In this document: one piece after another, positions 60,109 to 64,000 of the stretch | How the letters are laid out: every line of letters begins with the position of its first letter | Numbering within the stretch: position 1 is the first letter of the stretch | Source: Candidatus Bathyarchaeia archaeon | GTDB lineage: Archaea > Thermoproteota > Bathyarchaeia > Bathyarchaeales > Bathycorpusculaceae | Length of the DNA stretch: 64,000 nt | NCBI GenBank assembly: GCA_049970895.1 | Contig: JBMFMB010000001.1 | Coordinates: forward strand, 135,544-199,543 | Reading direction: 5' to 3' | The notes under the pieces: model-generated | Told to the model about the DNA's origin: nothing | The model's input: only the letters and a program-made list of their open reading frames with translations | Database searches by the model: none | Translations under genes and position numbers: made by a program

Positions 60109-61485
60109 ATGACAATAATCAAGAATGCTGGGCAGATAGTGCAGAACGGCGAAACACGCCTTAATAAAAGGGCAAGGAAGCTAGCCCTAAAAAGCCTCGA
60201 AGCCGCCATCAAAGCTGTAGATCCAAAAGCGATAATAAAGTCAAAAATTAGGCTTAAAGGCTTCATCCTCCAAGTTAACGGGCACTCTTTTGACCTTAAA
60301 AAATTTAAGAGCATATATGTTGTTGGCGGTGGAAAGGCAAGCGGCTCCATGGCTGAAGCCTTAGAGGAGGTCTTGGGCGACAAAATCACAAACGGGCTCG
60401 TCAACATCCCAAAAGGAAGCTTGCATCAAACAAAGATAGTTAAGCTTCATGAGGCAAGCCACCCAATCCCAGATGAGTCTGGAGTTGAGGGGACGAGGAA
60501 AATGCTTGAAATGGCAGAAAAAGCCGGCGAAGACGACTTGATAATTTGCTTAATTTCTGGGGGTGGCTCCAGCCTAATGCCGATGCCAAAAGGCGAAATC
60601 ACAGTAGCCGACAAAAGGCGTATAACAGAGGACTTGCTGAAGTGCGGTGCCACAATAAATGAGATAAACACTGTTAGAAAGCACATTTCAGAGTTTAAGG
60701 GGGGCTGGCTTGCGAAAAAGGCTTATCCTGCAACAATCCTAAACCTCATCTTATCAGATGTTTTAGGCGACCCGCTTGATTTTATCGCCTCAGGTCCCAC
60801 AGTTCCAGACTCCACAACCTTCAGCGACGCCATCAAAGTTCTGAAAAAGTATGGTTTGTGGGATAAAGCACCCGAATCAATAAAGAAAGTTTTAACAGAC
60901 GGCGAAAAGGGGCTCATTCCAGAAACACCTAAAGCTGGCGATGAAGCCTTTAAAAAAGTTTTCAATGTTGTTATTGGAAACAATCGGGCTGCAAGCATGG
61001 CGGCATGTGAAACCCTAAAATCTGAGGGGTTAAACACGCTTTTGCTCACTTCGCTTCTCGAAGGAGAGGCAAGACACGTTGGAACAGTGCTGGCTTCAAT
61101 AGCCCGCGAAGTTTCGGCTTCCGGAAACCCGGTTAAAAAGCCCGCTGGCATAGTGGCTGGAGGTGAAACAACAGTCACGGTCACCGGAAAAGGCAAGGGT
61201 GGAAGGAACCAAGAAATAGCCCTAGCGGCTTCAATGAAAATTAGAGGCTTAGATGGAGTTGTTATAGCCTCGTTAAGCACGGACGGGGTGGATGGACCAA
61301 CAGATGCTGCTGGGGCAATAGCTGACGGAAAAACCATAGCCAGAGCGGAGGCTTTGGGGCTTAGGGCTGAGGAATTTTTGGCGGACAACAACTCCTATGG
61401 CTTCTTCTCTAAGCTTGGTGACCTGATCTTTACTGGTCCAACAGGCACAAACGTCAACGACGTATCAATTATTATTGTATTATAG
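60109..61485 (+). CDS. gck: glycerate 2-kinase (MOFRL family)
   Basis: GGGKA, ISGGGSSL, GGETTV, GGRNQE, TDGVDG, TGTNVND. Confidence 0.92.
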   Translation: MTIIKNAGQIVQNGETRLNKRARKLALKSLEAAIKAVDPKAIIKSKIRLKGFILQVNGHSFDLKKFKSIYVVGGGKASGSMAEALEEVLGDKITNGLVNIPKGSLHQTKIVKLHEASHPIPDESGVEGTRKMLEMAEKAGEDDLIICLISGGGSSLMPMPKGEITVADKRRITEDLLKCGATINEINTVRKHISEFKGGWLAKKAYPATILNLILSDVLGDPLDFIASGPTVPDSTTFSDAIKVLKKYGLWDKAPESIKKVLTDGEKGLIPETPKAGDEAFKKVFNVVIGNNRAASMAACETLKSEGLNTLLLTSLLEGEARHVGTVLASIAREVSASGNPVKKPAGIVAGGETTVTVTGKGKGGRNQEIALAASMKIRGLDGVVIASLSTDGVDGPTDAAGAIADGKTIARAEALGLRAEEFLADNNSYGFFSKLGDLIFTGPTGTNVNDVSIIIVL

Positions 61486-61510
61486 CACTTCACACAAAAA
61501 GGCGTGGAAA

Positions 61511-61795
61511 ATGAAGGTAAACATCAAATTTGTTGGCAGCTTCCGTAACATAACAAACAAGAGTAAAGTAGTACTAGAGCTAAGTAAAGGCGCTAAACTA
61601 AAGGAAGCCATAAAACGCGTTATTGATGAATTTCCGAAGATAGAGAAGGCGTTAATTGATCCGGAATTGGGCGACCCTAGGCCAAACACTCTAATAGTTG
61701 TGAATGGACGGGAAATCAGCGTCTTGAAAGGTTTAGAAACAGTTCTCAAAGATGGGGATGAAGTGGTTTTCATCCCGATCTCCCATGGAGGATGA
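61511..61795 (+). CDS. MoaD/ThiS/SAMP ubiquitin-like protein
   Basis: VNGREI, LKDGDEV, C-terminal GG; ATG at 61511. Confidence 0.9.
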   Translation: MKVNIKFVGSFRNITNKSKVVLELSKGAKLKEAIKRVIDEFPKIEKALIDPELGDPRPNTLIVVNGREISVLKGLETVLKDGDEVVFIPISHGG

Positions 61796-61798
61796 GCC

Positions 61799-62575
61799 TT
61801 GAAACTTTTCCCAATAAAAACAGACATCATAAAGCAAGGGGACAACATAGCAGATGTAACCCTAAAGGCATTGGAAAAAGAGGGACTGGTGCTTGATAAT
61901 GGTGACATATTAGCATTGGCATCAAAAACAGTAGCTTACGCGGAAAACCGCATCGTGAAATTAGACGAAGTCAAACCATCAAAAAGAGCTGAAAAACTAG
62001 CCAGCAAATTCTCCATACCGCCACAACTAGCCGAACTAATTATGCAAGAGGCAGAGGAAATCTACGGAGGGGTAGAAAGGGCTGTTTTAACGCTGAAAGA
62101 CTATATTTTAGCGCCAAATGCTGGAATAGACAACAAAAATGCACCAGAAGGTACCGTTGTTTTGTGGCCGAAAAACCCGAAGAAATGGGCAGAAAAAATT
62201 AGAGAAGAAATGATGCAAAAAACCGGTAAAAAAGTTGCAGTTTTAATTGTTGATAGTGGCTTGAGACCGTTAAGGCTTGGCACAACAGGTTTGGCTTTGG
62301 CCGTCGCTGGATTCAAACCAACAAAGGATTGCAGAGGCGAAAAGGACATTTTTGGGAAAAAATTGACCATCACATTACACGCTGTGGCAGATGATTTGGC
62401 ATCGGCAGCCCACCTTCTACTGGGCGAAACCTCAGAAAAGATTCCAGCAGTTCTAATTAAAGGGGCACCCGTCAACTTTGATGATGGGGTCTATGGCTCA
62501 GAGGATATGGCTTTACCGCCAAAAGAGTGCATTTTCATGAACAGCTTGAAGCCAAAAAAGAAAATTAAATATTAA
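61799..62575 (+). CDS. cofE: coenzyme F420-0:L-glutamate ligase family protein
   Basis: NAGIDNKN, PLRLGTTG, AVADDLASAA. Confidence 0.85.
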   Translation: MKLFPIKTDIIKQGDNIADVTLKALEKEGLVLDNGDILALASKTVAYAENRIVKLDEVKPSKRAEKLASKFSIPPQLAELIMQEAEEIYGGVERAVLTLKDYILAPNAGIDNKNAPEGTVVLWPKNPKKWAEKIREEMMQKTGKKVAVLIVDSGLRPLRLGTTGLALAVAGFKPTKDCRGEKDIFGKKLTITLHAVADDLASAAHLLLGETSEKIPAVLIKGAPVNFDDGVYGSEDMALPPKECIFMNSLKPKKKIKY

Positions 62576-62602
62576 GTACGCCTTTGCTGATGCTTCCCAA
62601 TT

Positions 62603-63283
62603 TTAGGATTTTTGTAACACCACGCCAACAAGAGTTGAGGCCAATGCTATAACTACTCTTTCAATTGGATATAGAAAAGTGGTAGCTTGCCAGACGAATT
62701 TTACACCATCCACATCGGCTGTAAATAATGGCCATAGGGTTAATTCAAACATAAGTGAACCGGCAATTTGCCCGGCTAACGTGGAGACAAGAAATGTTAT
62801 GAAAAAGCTGAAGACACTTATGGTGTCACTTTTCGTGTTATTCATATTTTTCACAGCCCAAGACTGCAAGGGAGAAATTAGAACCACAAAGCCAAAGATC
62901 TGGAACCACATTAGTGATGGATAAAGCCAGACGGGCCCAACGAAGGGACAGAAGCCGAAAAGCAGTAGAAGCGAGAAATAAGTTAAGGCGCATAAATCTC
63001 GCCTTCCAGTGTAGAGGGAACCAGCACAAAAGGCGGCGGCAACGCCTGCAACAAGGCTTATGTGGGAGAAAAATCCCGTTAACAAGCCAATTGCTCCGCC
63101 TACAACTGTTGAAAACGCTCCAGTGTAGGGGCCAAGGATCATGCCTATAACTGGTGCCATGATGGCCGCGGCTGTTATGGCTTTGTATGGTAGACCAATT
63201 ATTTGAAAGATTGGAAATGTGCAGAAAACTGCATATAACGATGAAAAGCTGATAACTAAAGCCAAATTTCGCGTGTTCATCAC
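62603..63283 (-). CDS. membrane protein, ECF S-component-like
   Basis: multiple TM segments, APVIGMILGP. Confidence 0.65.
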   Translation of the reverse strand: MMNTRNLALVISFSSLYAVFCTFPIFQIIGLPYKAITAAAIMAPVIGMILGPYTGAFSTVVGGAIGLLTGFFSHISLVAGVAAAFCAGSLYTGRRDLCALTYFSLLLLFGFCPFVGPVWLYPSLMWFQIFGFVVLISPLQSWAVKNMNNTKSDTISVFSFFITFLVSTLAGQIAGSLMFELTLWPLFTADVDGVKFVWQATTFLYPIERVVIALASTLVGVVLQKS

Positions 63284-63517
63284 CTCAACCTTCGTCCTTT
63301 CAAGCTTTCAAAGTTTCGCAGAGCGTGTCTTAAACCTCATTTTAAACTGTTTAGGGGGTATTATGCCGGTTTGTAACTTGCTTATAAATAAATTGCACAG
63401 TATCGTAAAATTTAAGATACTAAAAGCCAATTAATCCATGGATGGCGTTTATGGGTAGGGCGGCTTGGCAAGTCATTATATGTTCCAGTTGCTTGGATTT
63501 TAATTGTTAGCTATCAA

Positions 63518-63922
63518 ATGTTCACTGAAACAGCCGTTAAGTCGCTCATTAATTTTGTCAACATCCTCTGGCCCTTTGTTGGAGAGTGGCTAATTTATAG
63601 GGTTGGCATGATAGTTTTTGTATCCGCCTTCGCATGGGTCTTTGTGCTATCATCAGCACTACCATCAGTTATTCTTGGCAGAGAAAGAGGTGTGCTCGCC
63701 CAGTTTTTCGTCTGCCTAACACTGACGTTTTTGCCTTTCATAGCCTTCGATTCCTTGAAGGCTTACGGAGGCCACATAATCAGCTACATGCTGGGCTTTG
63801 CCACCCAACTGGAGAACCCGTTTACGGCACTCGCATATCTTTCAATGCCCTACATCATAATGCTCGCAATAGACCTCCAAACAAGAAGGAAAAACAAAAA
63901 GAAAACAGTGTTAAAAACGTAA
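63518..63922 (+). CDS. hypothetical membrane protein
   Basis: hydrophobic ORF; frame is open further upstream to 63416 without a canonical start. Confidence 0.6.
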   Translation: MFTETAVKSLINFVNILWPFVGEWLIYRVGMIVFVSAFAWVFVLSSALPSVILGRERGVLAQFFVCLTLTFLPFIAFDSLKAYGGHIISYMLGFATQLENPFTALAYLSMPYIIMLAIDLQTRRKNKKKTVLKT

Positions 63923-64000
63923 CAAATGTTTATCGAGAAGATGCAGCGGCTGCTGCTGAACAACAGCTGCCAAGATTTAACAATCAATAAGGCGGAAAAT

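Overview
Gene-dense archaeal chromosome segment, most consistent with Bathyarchaeia (TACK). The evidence is S25e, S26e, S17e, an HMf-type histone, Rpo6, EF-1beta, Cdc48, thermosome, an arcadin-1-like protein and an integrase tail typical of this lineage. Most of the window is housekeeping (RNA modification, translation, repair, amino-acid and peptide metabolism). No tRNA, rRNA or CRISPR array was recognised. Highlights: (1) the protein-L-isoaspartate methyltransferase gene (pcm) is interrupted inside its conserved SAPHM motif by a 31-nt insert that folds into a bulge-helix-bulge (BHB); canonical BHB cleavage restores the frame exactly, so this is a candidate protein-coding mRNA intron outside cbf5. 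(2) A decayed integrative element (integrase C-terminal remnant plus cas6 pseudogene) sits in the 3' end of a DUF1610 zinc-finger gene and supplies a replacement gene end. (3) A TrpY-like regulator is divergent from a trpB2 + SerK-like pair, with two palindromic operators between them. (4) rpo6 has only an ACG as possible start codon. (5) A perfect 46-nt identity links the two Walker A regions of cdc48. All family calls are from motif recognition by eye; no searches were run.
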